Counted from the stretch's first letter, positions 40,517 to 51,267 are shown. The stretch is DNA of 64,000 nt from Gilvibacter sp. (GCF_965601605.1 NZ_CBFCWJ010000040.1:2737-66736), one strand, 5' to 3'. The notes: generated from the letters alone by a model not told the origin. Numbers and translations: made by a program.

Positions 40517-42178
40517 TTAATTTTTAGCTGATGGCGTGTAGATCACGTTTTGCACACGACCATAATTTAGTGAAAAACCTTTTAGGGTATTGTCTGAATT
40601 GAACTGCGGAGTTAAAATATAGCCTCCATTGACCCTGATGGTATTTGCTCGGATTAACTCAGCCTCAAGTGCTCTGTCTTTTAGTTGAACTGTGAATTGA
40701 TTTTCTCCTAAGTAGCGCACCAGCATTTTAGAATCCAATTCCGCATTAGCGTAATCTCCAGAAAGCTTTTGTAGTTCTTCTGGGATGATCTCTAAAGGAG
40801 GCAACCACCCTGCTTTGCGCATAGGTATCTGCTGATGGTACAGTTCAAAGTCGAATTTACCCGCGCTGTTCTCACTGGGTACAAATGCGACTGCCAAACC
40901 AGAACCGTTGGTGTACTTATACACATTCCCTTTAAAGTGTTCCAAGGCAACGGGGTTGGCTCCTTTAATTTCTCTAAACAAAGTATCATTGCGCTTTACT
41001 ATGGCGACCTCGGTGCTTGATTCTAGCAAATAGGTACCTAAAATGGAACTTTCTTTGGGTTTGGCCCCTAGAGTCTCTGGCATGCTTGGTGAGGCGACTC
41101 CCTGTTCTTGAGGACCGTAAATGGTTTCTAAAACTTGTGTTGCCAGATAACTGGCGTCCACTATGCCGTTGTTCATTACAAACACAGACAATTGATCCTG
41201 TGGCAAACGCGCTACATGAGCTCCGTAAGCCCCAGTGGCTCCAGAATGATAAATCATAGGCTGACCGTTAAAATTGCCTTGTTCCAAGCCGTAACTGTAG
41301 CCCGTGGGTGAAAGATCCAAGGCTTGCTGGCTAGTAGCCTTCCAAGAGTTTTGATCTGCGAGCACTGCAGCCTGGATCTGCTTCTCATAATTGAGCATAT
41401 CGCCTAGAGAAGTGTAGAGAAAACCATCTCCATGCAAATCGGTGATCATTGGATAGATCTGCCAACGGCCATCTCCCCAATTGGCATAAGCTGTTGTTTT
41501 ATTAGGGATGACCTCCATATAATTGTCAGAAAATTGGGTGTGATTCAGTCCGATGGATTTGAACCAGTTTCTGGAATAATCGGCAAAGGATTCTCCCGTG
41601 ACTTTCGCGACAACAGCAGCCAGTACAATATATCCACTGTTGCTGTAGGTATAATCACTACCTGGTTTAAAATTGAGTGTTTGTTGCTTTTGTAGCATCT
41701 TTAAAACGGTCTTATTGCTTAAGCCCTCGCGCCTCCACCAAGGGTTTCGCTGTACCGCCATTAGATCACAATAATCTCTAATCCCGCTGGTATGTGTGAG
41801 AATCTGCTCTATAGTGATGGGATCTTTAATAGCCTTGTATAATTCAGGTAAATAGGTTCTTAGATCGTCCTGCAAATTCAGTTTACCTTGCAAACTAAGG
41901 TCTACAACCATAGCAGCAGTAAACTGTTTGGCTACTGAGGCAATATTAAAAACCGACTGCTCGTCTACAGGGATCTGATATTCCAAATTGGCGAAGCCTG
42001 CATAATGCTCAAAGACAACCTCTCCTTTATATACAACTCCAACAGCAACTCCAGGAGTGTCATCTCCGATCTGTTGATCTATTAGTGATTGTAAGGCTGC
42101 TTGGTCAATTTGTTGGGCATGGATTGCTCCTGTAACAGCTAAAAATAGGCTCAGTAAAAATTGTGTTCGTTTAGTCAT
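40517..42178 (-). CDS. Secreted serine hydrolase (beta-lactamase / D-aminopeptidase family)
   Basis: SVAK (SxxK), YSN, HSGATG motifs; signal peptide. Confidence 0.9.
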   Translation of the reverse strand: MTKRTQFLLSLFLAVTGAIHAQQIDQAALQSLIDQQIGDDTPGVAVGVVYKGEVVFEHYAGFANLEYQIPVDEQSVFNIASVAKQFTAAMVVDLSLQGKLNLQDDLRTYLPELYKAIKDPITIEQILTHTSGIRDYCDLMAVQRNPWWRREGLSNKTVLKMLQKQQTLNFKPGSDYTYSNSGYIVLAAVVAKVTGESFADYSRNWFKSIGLNHTQFSDNYMEVIPNKTTAYANWGDGRWQIYPMITDLHGDGFLYTSLGDMLNYEKQIQAAVLADQNSWKATSQQALDLSPTGYSYGLEQGNFNGQPMIYHSGATGAYGAHVARLPQDQLSVFVMNNGIVDASYLATQVLETIYGPQEQGVASPSMPETLGAKPKESSILGTYLLESSTEVAIVKRNDTLFREIKGANPVALEHFKGNVYKYTNGSGLAVAFVPSENSAGKFDFELYHQQIPMRKAGWLPPLEIIPEELQKLSGDYANAELDSKMLVRYLGENQFTVQLKDRALEAELIRANTIRVNGGYILTPQFNSDNTLKGFSLNYGRVQNVIYTPSAKN

Positions 42179-42194
42179 GATGATGAATTTTACT

Positions 42195-42339
42195 CAAATG
42201 TAAGGAGTTGAATTTGATTGAACTAGCTCCATCAGACGAATGGGCCTATAGCCCGATGAATGGTCCGGGTACGTTCGTCGGCTTATAGGCCCACTGGTCG
42301 GTTTGTACTTTTATATGTCTTAAAACCATCACATATTTG
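42195..42339. promoter_or_regulatory. Divergent promoter pair with LytTR-type boxes in a 65-bp imperfect palindrome
   Basis: -7 boxes TACATTTG (42195-42202, -) and CATATTTG (42332-42339, +); paired 9-bp boxes with a 20-bp period on each strand. Confidence 0.65.
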
Positions 42340-42363
42340 CCTTGTCAATCAAACATCAGCATT

Positions 42364-44784
42364 ATGAACAATTCAATCAAAAAACGAATTTCACTACTTC
42401 TCATCCTCTTGAGTAGTGGTTTGCTCGAGGGCCAAAATCTAGAGCTTAGCGGGCAGTTAGTAGATCCAAACCAACAAGCCGTTGCCTTTGCCACTACTTA
42501 CCTCTACAAGGCGCAAGACAGCACTTTGGTAAAGGCGACCATCACCGATGCGGATGGCTTCTTTTTAATTAAGGAGTTGCCAAGTGACCGGTATTATATT
42601 GCGTTAAACAGTCTAGGTTTTGCTCCCTACCAATCCGAAGCATTCAACTTAGACCATAACTTAAAACTACCGACTATCCGTTTAGAGGAAGCCGCAGAAG
42701 CCTTGGATGAGGTTACCATTATTGCCGAAAAGCCGATCGTAGAGGTTTTAGCGGACAAGACCGTATTTAATGTGGATAAGACCATCAATGCCACAGGAAG
42801 TACCGGTTTTGAATTACTCCGTAAAGCACCGGGAGTACTCATTGACAATAACAACAGCATTATTGTAGAAGGAAAAGCCGGCGTGCAGATCTATATTGAC
42901 GGAAGACCTTCTGTGCTGGCCGGCCAAGATTTGGTGAATTATTTGGAAACCTTGCAATCCACAGACATTGAATCTATTGAGATCATCACTCAACCCTCCT
43001 CTAAGTACGAGGCTGCAGGAAACGCCGGTATCATTAACATCATTCTAAAGCGCAACAAAAGCTTAGGTACAAACGGTTCTTTGACCTTGGGATATATTCA
43101 AGGAAAGTTCCCACGGGTGAACAGCTCTGTAAATTTGAACAACCGCGGTAAAAAAACCAATCTCTACGGCACCTACAGCAATCGTTTTGGAGACGGTTTT
43201 GGTTTTATTGATCTGTTTAGACGTCAGAACGGAACCACCTTTGATCAGCGCAGTACAACCGTTTTAGACATCAACAATCACAACATCAAAACAGGTTTTG
43301 ACTATTACATCAATGACAAACATACTCTGGGCGTACTTTTCAATGCCAACTTTAGTAATGTGATCAACAGCACCGACAGTCGTACGCCAATCATTCCAGG
43401 AGGACAAACCATGCCGGTAGAAGTGTTGATCGCTCAGAGCAACTCAGACAATGTTTCTTCAAACTTGAACGGTAACCTCAACTACAAATACAAAGACACC
43501 ATTGGTCGTGAATTCACAGTAGATCTTAACTACGGAAATTTTTACAGCGATCGCAACAACTTTCAACCTAACTTCTACCTAAACGGAGCAGAAGAAGATA
43601 CGCTGAGCGAATCCATTGCGCGTTTTATCACGCCGATTCAGATCGATATTCTAGCGGGACAGGTAGATTACGAACAGCCGCTTATGGGCGGAAAAATCGC
43701 TTCGGGAATTCGCTATTCCTATGTCAAGACCAACAATGTGTTTGACTTCTTTGATGTGGTGGACGGACAAGAGATCCTCAACCTGGAACAAACCAACACC
43801 TTTGATTATACAGAACAGATCAATGCCGGCTATTTGAATTACAATATCCGTTGGGACAAATGGAATTTACAGTTGGGCCTACGCGTAGAACAAACCATCT
43901 CTGAGGGAGACTTGACCTCTGCCCAAGACAACGCCAATGATCTGGTGGAACGCAACTATACCGATTGGTTCCCCAGTGGTGGATTGACTTATCAACTAAA
44001 TCGAAAGAACAGCTTTGCCTTGACTTACAGCCGTAGGATCCAACGCCCGACCTATCAAAGTTTGAATCCTTTTCAATTTAAGATTGACGAGCTGACCTTT
44101 AGACAAGGAAATCCCTTCTTGCAGCCGCAGTACACCAACAACATCAAACTATCACACACCTATAATTACCGTTTGACTACTTCTTTTACCTATACCTACA
44201 TCTCTGACTTTTTTGCTCAGGTTACCGAGGCATTGGGAGAAGATCAAAACTTCATCAATCAGCGTAATGTGGCCAACCAACGGGTTTATAATTTTGGAAT
44301 CTCCTACCCTACGCGTATTAACGATTGGTGGAGCATCTATTTTAGTGTCAATGCCTTTAGAAGTGAATATGAAGCCACCTCAGAAGATTTCTTGGCGGTG
44401 AGTCAAAACACCTTGAGTTTCTACGGACAGAACACCTTTAAGTTACCTGCGGATTTCACCTTTGAGGTCTCAGGTTGGTTTCAATCGCCTTCTATTTGGG
44501 GAGGAACCTACCAGACCAATAGCTTAGGTTCTTTAGATGTAGCGCTGCAAAAAAAGTTCTTCAATGACAAACTTACCCTTAGAATTGCGGGCAGCGATAT
44601 CTTATTTACCTCGCCATGGTCTGGGGTTACTGAGTTCGGAGATCTGATCATAGACGGTAGCGGAGGTTCAGACAGCAGACAGTTTAGACTCAGTTTGAAC
44701 TACAACTTCGGTTCTGACGAGGTCAAAAAGGCGCGTAAAAGAAAAACAGCCATTGAAGACGAATCCGGCCGTATCGAAAATTAA
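42364..44784 (+). CDS. TonB-dependent receptor / outer-membrane beta-barrel with N-terminal carboxypeptidase-regulatory-like domain
   Basis: Plug LLRKAPGV...IESIEIITQPSSKYEAAG.AGIINI; FSRRIQRP-like YSRRIQRP; LSLNYNFG C-terminus. Start at 42364, since 42337 lies in the -7 box. Confidence 0.9.
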   Translation: MNNSIKKRISLLLILLSSGLLEGQNLELSGQLVDPNQQAVAFATTYLYKAQDSTLVKATITDADGFFLIKELPSDRYYIALNSLGFAPYQSEAFNLDHNLKLPTIRLEEAAEALDEVTIIAEKPIVEVLADKTVFNVDKTINATGSTGFELLRKAPGVLIDNNNSIIVEGKAGVQIYIDGRPSVLAGQDLVNYLETLQSTDIESIEIITQPSSKYEAAGNAGIINIILKRNKSLGTNGSLTLGYIQGKFPRVNSSVNLNNRGKKTNLYGTYSNRFGDGFGFIDLFRRQNGTTFDQRSTTVLDINNHNIKTGFDYYINDKHTLGVLFNANFSNVINSTDSRTPIIPGGQTMPVEVLIAQSNSDNVSSNLNGNLNYKYKDTIGREFTVDLNYGNFYSDRNNFQPNFYLNGAEEDTLSESIARFITPIQIDILAGQVDYEQPLMGGKIASGIRYSYVKTNNVFDFFDVVDGQEILNLEQTNTFDYTEQINAGYLNYNIRWDKWNLQLGLRVEQTISEGDLTSAQDNANDLVERNYTDWFPSGGLTYQLNRKNSFALTYSRRIQRPTYQSLNPFQFKIDELTFRQGNPFLQPQYTNNIKLSHTYNYRLTTSFTYTYISDFFAQVTEALGEDQNFINQRNVANQRVYNFGISYPTRINDWWSIYFSVNAFRSEYEATSEDFLAVSQNTLSFYGQNTFKLPADFTFEVSGWFQSPSIWGGTYQTNSLGSLDVALQKKFFNDKLTLRIAGSDILFTSPWSGVTEFGDLIIDGSGGSDSRQFRLSLNYNFGSDEVKKARKRKTAIEDESGRIEN

Positions 44785-44803
44785 TCATCAAAAAACGAGA
44801 ATC

Positions 44804-45385
44804 ATGAAATTCATCCTAACAATCATCCTAGTACTCTCCGCATTACTGGCGCAGGCGCAGGACAAATATCTAACCATTGTTAGATCAGACAAGGCTTTTG
44901 ACCAAGTGACCTATCCGCCAAATACACGTTTTGAACTCAAAGATGCTCAAGGACAAATCGTATTTTCAGATAAGAGTCTTATGGGAAACTTTGAAATCAC
45001 GGAAGTCTATGAACTATCGGTTTATCCAAATTACAAGGATGAACCAGACCATTTTACCTTAAAAACCGGGCAACTGCAACTCAACAAAGCGGAGCGTCTC
45101 AGAGTATCGCGTTCTTCCAGTGATTGGGGATATATGTCCTCCGGAGTAACAGTAGAAAAATCCCTCAAGCCTTCTCAGCGTAATTACGGTTTGCAAAATG
45201 TTACCTTGAATTTCAGCAACGGTGTGGAGTTCACCTATACCGATGGCGATTACAAAGCTGTTTTAAACGGAAAAGAGCTGGAGATCAAAGGCAAATACCT
45301 AATCTACAGCCCTCTTGGAATTCATAAAGTCAGTTTCAATCCGCAGAACGGAAAAGTGTACTGGGTCTTTGAACCGCGTTCTTAA
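44804..45385 (+). CDS. Hypothetical secreted protein
   Basis: Signal peptide MKFILTIILVLSALLAQAQ; 19 nt after the receptor gene. Confidence 0.7.
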   Translation: MKFILTIILVLSALLAQAQDKYLTIVRSDKAFDQVTYPPNTRFELKDAQGQIVFSDKSLMGNFEITEVYELSVYPNYKDEPDHFTLKTGQLQLNKAERLRVSRSSSDWGYMSSGVTVEKSLKPSQRNYGLQNVTLNFSNGVEFTYTDGDYKAVLNGKELEIKGKYLIYSPLGIHKVSFNPQNGKVYWVFEPRS

Positions 45386-46845
45386 AGCCCGCTTATATAG
45401 CTTCCATAAAGATCTTTAAAATGAAGACCATCTCCCATTGGGTGTTTGCTAAGCTTTTTGTACTCGGCGAGTGCCCAAAGGATGCTCTCCTTGTAGAAAG
45501 ATCGATCTTCCTTGGTTACATCTGGCGTGTATTCACGTACCAAGTCATCTAGAGGTACAATACGGTTCAAAGCGCTGGTATATTCGCTGTCTGAAAGGTT
45601 ATCTAAAAGTTCAAAACCGGGTTCTTCAAAGAACCAAGCGACAACCTCAGCATAAGGATCTTTATCTCCGTCGCGCTGCAGTTTTTCTACTTTAGGAAAA
45701 TGGTTTTCAAAGCTCGCTAATACGGCATCAGCAATTAATTGTTGTGCTACTTGTGCCGCCCCTTCTTGTTCGCCTTCGTATACAAGCTCAACCTTTCCAG
45801 TGATAGCAGGAATGACTCCCATAAAGTCACCCAAACGCACGGTGGTCTCAGATTCATTATTGATCAAAGCACGGCGCTCGGCAGTACTGAGTAAGTTTTG
45901 GTAGGCCGTAATACTCATTCGCGCACTAACGCCACTCTTGGCGTCAATAAACTCGCTCTTACGAGCTTCAAAACTGATCTGTTCCAAAATATCTTTAGCC
46001 AAGTCTGGCACATAGATATTGGCCTTTTCTGCTGCCGCAGCCTCTGTTTCCTGTTGGGTAATCTTTCTGGCGATCTCCAAACTGTCTGGATAGTGCGTTA
46101 AGATCTGCGAACCAATACGGTCCTTAAGCGGTGTTACTATACTTCCGCGATTGGTGTAATCTTCAGGGTTCGCCGTAAATACGAACTGAATATCTAAAGG
46201 CAAACGCAATTTGAAGCCGCGGATTTGTACATCTCCTTCTTGCAGAATATTGAACAGCGCCACTTGAATGCGCGCTTGAAGATCTGGCAATTCATTGATC
46301 ACAAAGATGCAACGATTGGCTCTAGGGATCATTCCAAAGTGAATCACGCGATCATCCGCATAGGTCAATTTTAAATTAGCCGCTTTGATCGGATCAACAT
46401 CGCCAATAAGATCAGCAACAGTAACGTCTGGAGTTGCTAGCTTTTCTGCAAAACGATCTTCTCGGTGCAACCAACTAATTGGTGTGTCGTCTCCCTGATC
46501 GACTAATAATTCACGAGCATAGCGGGATACTGGCGCAAAGGGATCGTCATTGATCTCACTACCTGCAACTACCGGAATGTACTCATCCAAAAGACTGATC
46601 ATTTGACGCGCTAAACGCGTTTTTGCCTGTCCTCTAAGGCCTAATAAGTTTATGTTGTGCTTACTCAGAATGGCGCGTTCCAGCTCCGGGATCACGGAGT
46701 ATTCATAACCGTGAATGCCCTCAAAAACGGTCTCTTTAGCCTGTAATTTGGTAATGAGGTTCTTGCGCAATTCATCTTTGACAGACTGATAGCCGTAGCC
46801 TGCAGCCTTGAGTTCTTTAAGCGTTTTAATATTCTCTGTATTCAT
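45382..46845 (-). CDS. MoxR/Mg-chelatase ChlI-like AAA+ ATPase
   Basis: GLRGQAKT Walker A, INELPDL, TANPEDYTNRG, LKDR. Confidence 0.85.
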   Translation of the reverse strand: MNTENIKTLKELKAAGYGYQSVKDELRKNLITKLQAKETVFEGIHGYEYSVIPELERAILSKHNINLLGLRGQAKTRLARQMISLLDEYIPVVAGSEINDDPFAPVSRYARELLVDQGDDTPISWLHREDRFAEKLATPDVTVADLIGDVDPIKAANLKLTYADDRVIHFGMIPRANRCIFVINELPDLQARIQVALFNILQEGDVQIRGFKLRLPLDIQFVFTANPEDYTNRGSIVTPLKDRIGSQILTHYPDSLEIARKITQQETEAAAAEKANIYVPDLAKDILEQISFEARKSEFIDAKSGVSARMSITAYQNLLSTAERRALINNESETTVRLGDFMGVIPAITGKVELVYEGEQEGAAQVAQQLIADAVLASFENHFPKVEKLQRDGDKDPYAEVVAWFFEEPGFELLDNLSDSEYTSALNRIVPLDDLVREYTPDVTKEDRSFYKESILWALAEYKKLSKHPMGDGLHFKDLYGSYISGL

Positions 46846-46851
46846 AGCTTT

Positions 46852-47976
46852 TTATCCTTTAATTCGCTTTTTGCGATTGGCTTCGTAATCGGTAAAAATC
46901 ATCTCGCCCAAACCTTTAAGCCCTGTATAGAAGGCCTTGCCTTGGTTAGCAGCTGTAAAGTGATCCACAAACTGCATCAAATACGGGTCTTGGGCAATCA
47001 TAAAAGTGGTGATAGGAATGTGCAGCTTTCGGGCCTGTGCCGCCATAGTGTAGCATTTGCTCACAATATGCGGATCCAATCCATTGCTGTTTTTGTAGTA
47101 ACGCCCGTCTGGAAGTTGCATACAACTTGGCTTCCCATCGGTGATCATAAAGATCTGTTTGTTGGTATTTCTTTTTCTGCGGAGCATATCCATGGCCAGT
47201 TGCAACCCAGCTACCGTATTGGTATGATAAGGTCCTACTTGCAGATAGGGCAAGTCTTTTACCTTAATGGGCCAGGCATCATTACCAAAGACCAATATAT
47301 CTAAAGTGTCTTTGGGATAACGCGTCATGATCAATTCAGATAGCGCCATGGCTACTTTCTTGGCTGGAGTGATTCGATCCTCTCCGTAGAGAATCATGCT
47401 GTGGCTGATATCTATCATAAGCACCGTGCTCATCTGCGCCTTGTACATCGACTCTTCTACCACTAAGTCTTTCTCCGTTAGATGGAATCCATCCAAGCCG
47501 TTATTGATCTGGGCATTGCGCAAGCTTTCCGTCATGGAAATACGATCCAAGGCATCTCCAAATTGGTAGTTGCGAAACTCTCCGGCCATCTCATCTCCGT
47601 TACCGGTATATTTTGTTTTGTGGTTCCCTGATCCGCTTCGTTTTAAGCGTCCAAAGATCTGTTCCAAAGCTCTTTTGCGTAGGGCACGCTCGGTCTTCTC
47701 GGTAAGTGCTACTCCGCCGGAACCGTCGGGTTTGATCTCTTCGCGGATATAGCCCTTCTTTTTAAGGTCCTCAACAAAATCGTCTAAGGTGTAATCCTCT
47801 GTGGTAAGTTGGTATTCCTGATCGAGTTGCTCAAGCCAATCCATCGCCTCGTCAAAATCTCCGGAAGTATGGGTGATCAACTCCTGAAAAACTTCGAACA
47901 ATCGGTCAAAGGGAGACTGCTCTTCTGCTTCGTGACGGGTAAAGGCAAAGCCTATGGAACGCTTCGGATTCTTCAT
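46852..47976 (-). CDS. von Willebrand factor A domain protein
   Basis: MIDISHSM (MIDAS), HTNT, MITDG; paired with the AAA+ gene. Confidence 0.88.
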   Translation of the reverse strand: MKNPKRSIGFAFTRHEAEEQSPFDRLFEVFQELITHTSGDFDEAMDWLEQLDQEYQLTTEDYTLDDFVEDLKKKGYIREEIKPDGSGGVALTEKTERALRKRALEQIFGRLKRSGSGNHKTKYTGNGDEMAGEFRNYQFGDALDRISMTESLRNAQINNGLDGFHLTEKDLVVEESMYKAQMSTVLMIDISHSMILYGEDRITPAKKVAMALSELIMTRYPKDTLDILVFGNDAWPIKVKDLPYLQVGPYHTNTVAGLQLAMDMLRRKRNTNKQIFMITDGKPSCMQLPDGRYYKNSNGLDPHIVSKCYTMAAQARKLHIPITTFMIAQDPYLMQFVDHFTAANQGKAFYTGLKGLGEMIFTDYEANRKKRIKG

Positions 47977-48084
47977 TGTATAAAATTAAGACATTCTCAG
48001 GCCAATAGCTAGGTGTTAACACCGCTTTAAGAATTGTATACATCTTATGTAGTACCTTTAAGCTTTCTGAAAACCAACCTGACC

Positions 48085-51000
48085 ATGAAACACCTTTTAT
48101 TAGGCGTTGCCATCCTATTCTCACTCGGAGGATGGAGCCAAACAGTAGACTTAGAACAATTTGAAAACATGGAACCCCGAAACATCGGTCCGGGGGGCAT
48201 GAGCGGGCGTGTAACTGCCATTGACGTAGTACACGATAATCCACAAATGATGTATGCCGGAACCGCTTCTGGAGGCCTTTGGATGTCTGATTCCGGAGGG
48301 ATTGACTGGGAACCGATCTTTGACAATCAGCCCACAGCCTCTATTGGAGCCGTAGCCATTCAGCAATCCAATCCTAGTGTGATCTGGGTTGGTACCGGAG
48401 AAGGAAACCCTAGAAACAGTCTTAACGGCGGATTTGGAGTGTATCGTTCCCTAGACGGCGGAAAGAGCTGGGAATCTATGGGCTTGGAAGAAACGCGTCA
48501 CATCCACCGAATCATCATTCATCCAGACGATCCAAACACTGTTTATGTCGGTGCCATTGGAAGTCCTTGGGGAGAGCATCCGCAGCGTGGCGTTTTCAAA
48601 ACCACTGATGGCGGAAAGTCTTGGGAAAAGGTATTGAGTGCTAATAACAAGACGGGAGTAGCCGATATGGTTATGGATCCGTCCAATCCAAACAAATTGA
48701 TCGTAGCTCTTTGGGAGCACAAACGCGATCCGTGGTTCTTTAAATCTGGAGGCGAAGGCTCTGGCCTATTCATCACTTATGACGGTGGAGAGAATTGGTC
48801 AGAAAAAACAGATGAAGACGGCCTGCCTGCAGGAGATTTAGGACGTATTGGTATTGCTATTGCCAGAAATAAGCCAAATGTGGTTTACGCTTTAGTGGAG
48901 GCCAAAAAGAACGCCTTATATAAAAGTACTGACGGCGGAGAGTCTTGGACCATGATCAACAATAAGAGCGATATTGGTAACCGTCCGTTCTACTATTCAG
49001 AGATCTATGTAGATCCGCAGAACGAGAATCGCGTTTACAGCATCTTTACTTATGTGAACGTCTCTGAGGATGGCGGAAAGAACTTCAACCAACTCATGCC
49101 GGCCTACGGAGTCTCTAACGGAGTACACCCAGACCACCACGCTTGGTGGATCCATCCAGAGAACGGCAACTTCATGATAGATGGTAACGATGGTGGACTC
49201 AACATAACTCATGACGGTGGAAAGAACTGGCGCTTTGTGGGGAATATTCCTGTGGCTCAATTCTACCACATTGCTGTAGATAATGAGTTCCCTTATAACG
49301 TATACGGAGGAATGCAAGACAACGGTTCTTGGAGAGGTCCAGCTTATGTTTGGCGTGCTCAAGGAATCCGTAACTCATACTGGCAGGAGATCAGTTTTGG
49401 TGATGGATTTGACGTGGTTCCAGACCGCGACGATTCCCGCTTTGGTTGGTCCATGAGTCAGCAAGGCTATGTTTCTCGCTATGACTGGCAAACGGGTAAC
49501 AACTATTCAGTGCGTCCTACGCACCCAGATCCAGATGTACAGCTGCGCTTTAACTGGAACTCTGCGATCAATATTGATCCATTTGACAACAGTACGATTT
49601 ACTTCGGATCTCAATTTGTACACAAATCCACAGATAAAGGTTTGACCTGGGAGATCATTTCTCAAGACTTGACCACCAACGATCCGGAGAAACAAAAGCA
49701 AGGAGAAAGTGGCGGACTTACCATGGATGCTACTGGTGCTGAGAACCACACTACAGTCTTGGTCATTGAACCTTCTCCGCTAGAGCAGAACATGCTTTGG
49801 GCAGGAACGGATGACGGACGTGTACACTACACCACTAACGGTGGCGGTAGTTGGACAGAAGTTTCCAATAACATTAAAGGCCTACCTGCTGGAAGCTGGA
49901 TTGTACAGATCAAAGCCTCTAACAAGCGCAAAGGAGAAGCACTATTGGTTGCCAATGATTATAGAAGATACAACTACAGTGCTTATGTATATCGCACCAA
50001 GGATTACGGGAAGACTTGGCAGCGTATCGTAGATGACAATGATGTGATCAGTTATACCCTTTGTGTGGTTGAAGATCCTGAAGAGGAGAACCTACTCTTT
50101 ATGGGAACAGATGATGGACTCTATGTTTCTATTAACGGCGGAGGCGATTGGGTTAAGTGGACCAACGGTTTCCCAACGGTTCCTGTTAAGGACTTAGTGA
50201 TACACCCCAGAGAGCACGATTTGGTGATCGGTACTTTTGGGCGAGCAGCTTGGGTCTTGGATGACATTCGTCCCTTAAGAGCATTAGCTGCGGATGCAAA
50301 CAAGTCTAAGTCTACTTTGGCGTTGTTTGATCCTGCAACAGCTTATTTGGCTGCCTACCAACAACCAACTGGAAGTCGTTTTGGAGGTGATGCCCTTTAC
50401 AATGGAGAGAATCGTGATTTTGGAGCTCAGATCCGTTATTTGATCAACAAGCCAGAACAGGAAGAAAAAGCCGAGGATGCTGAAGAAGACGAGATGGCCG
50501 TGAAATGGGACTCCATCACTTTAAACATCTATGACGGACAACGCTTGATCAGAACCCTCAAACAAAAAGCACCTAAAGACAATAAAGTGAACAATTTCAC
50601 TTGGTACCTCAACGAGAAAGGTGTAGATAGACCAAGCCGACGCATTAGAACGCGCAACTTTGGAGAGCCTGGAGGAGTTGAAGTAAAACCGGGAACCTAT
50701 CGTCTGGAAATGATCTACGGAGATCAAACGGCAAACAGCCAGATCACTGTAAAGATGGATCCGAGATTAGACGTTCCACCTCAGGCGATTGAAAATGCTT
50801 ACCAGAATGGTAAAACGCTAGAGTCCATGACGCAGACTGCTGCAGATGCCGTAAAACAATTGGTAGAAAGCAAGAACATTGCCGACGACTATAAATCCAA
50901 ACTGAGTAAACTCGATAAGGAAGCTCATAAAGAGGCCATAGACCAAAGCAAAGAGATCATTAAGGCCATTGACGAGGTCATTGCTCTTTATTTAGGTAAG

Positions 51001-51267
51001 GTGGACGAGCGTCAAGGTATTACGCGCAATCCAGAGGTAACTATCATGCAGCGTATCGGGCTGGCAAGACAATATGCTACTAGCCGTCCAAACGGGACAA
51101 CTTCCACAGAGACGCGTTTAATGACTCAAGCCCGCACTGCTTTACAGGCAGGTTTAGATGCAACCAACACCTTCTTTACCGATCAGTGGCCAAGCTATCG
51201 CGAGGCTATGGAAGCCATCAACACTTCAGCCTTTAAAGAAGTGAAACAATTTAGTTTGCAGAATTAA
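48085..51267 (+). CDS. Secreted BNR/VPS10 (sortilin-like) beta-propeller glycosyl-hydrolase-like protein
   Basis: GPGGMSGRV start; many S/T-x-D-G-G-x-x-W Asp boxes; start MKHLLL at 48085. Confidence 0.85.
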   Translation: MKHLLLGVAILFSLGGWSQTVDLEQFENMEPRNIGPGGMSGRVTAIDVVHDNPQMMYAGTASGGLWMSDSGGIDWEPIFDNQPTASIGAVAIQQSNPSVIWVGTGEGNPRNSLNGGFGVYRSLDGGKSWESMGLEETRHIHRIIIHPDDPNTVYVGAIGSPWGEHPQRGVFKTTDGGKSWEKVLSANNKTGVADMVMDPSNPNKLIVALWEHKRDPWFFKSGGEGSGLFITYDGGENWSEKTDEDGLPAGDLGRIGIAIARNKPNVVYALVEAKKNALYKSTDGGESWTMINNKSDIGNRPFYYSEIYVDPQNENRVYSIFTYVNVSEDGGKNFNQLMPAYGVSNGVHPDHHAWWIHPENGNFMIDGNDGGLNITHDGGKNWRFVGNIPVAQFYHIAVDNEFPYNVYGGMQDNGSWRGPAYVWRAQGIRNSYWQEISFGDGFDVVPDRDDSRFGWSMSQQGYVSRYDWQTGNNYSVRPTHPDPDVQLRFNWNSAINIDPFDNSTIYFGSQFVHKSTDKGLTWEIISQDLTTNDPEKQKQGESGGLTMDATGAENHTTVLVIEPSPLEQNMLWAGTDDGRVHYTTNGGGSWTEVSNNIKGLPAGSWIVQIKASNKRKGEALLVANDYRRYNYSAYVYRTKDYGKTWQRIVDDNDVISYTLCVVEDPEEENLLFMGTDDGLYVSINGGGDWVKWTNGFPTVPVKDLVIHPREHDLVIGTFGRAAWVLDDIRPLRALAADANKSKSTLALFDPATAYLAAYQQPTGSRFGGDALYNGENRDFGAQIRYLINKPEQEEKAEDAEEDEMAVKWDSITLNIYDGQRLIRTLKQKAPKDNKVNNFTWYLNEKGVDRPSRRIRTRNFGEPGGVEVKPGTYRLEMIYGDQTANSQITVKMDPRLDVPPQAIENAYQNGKTLESMTQTAADAVKQLVESKNIADDYKSKLSKLDKEAHKEAIDQSKEIIKAIDEVIALYLGKVDERQGITRNPEVTIMQRIGLARQYATSRPNGTTSTETRLMTQARTALQAGLDATNTFFTDQWPSYREAMEAINTSAFKEVKQFSLQN

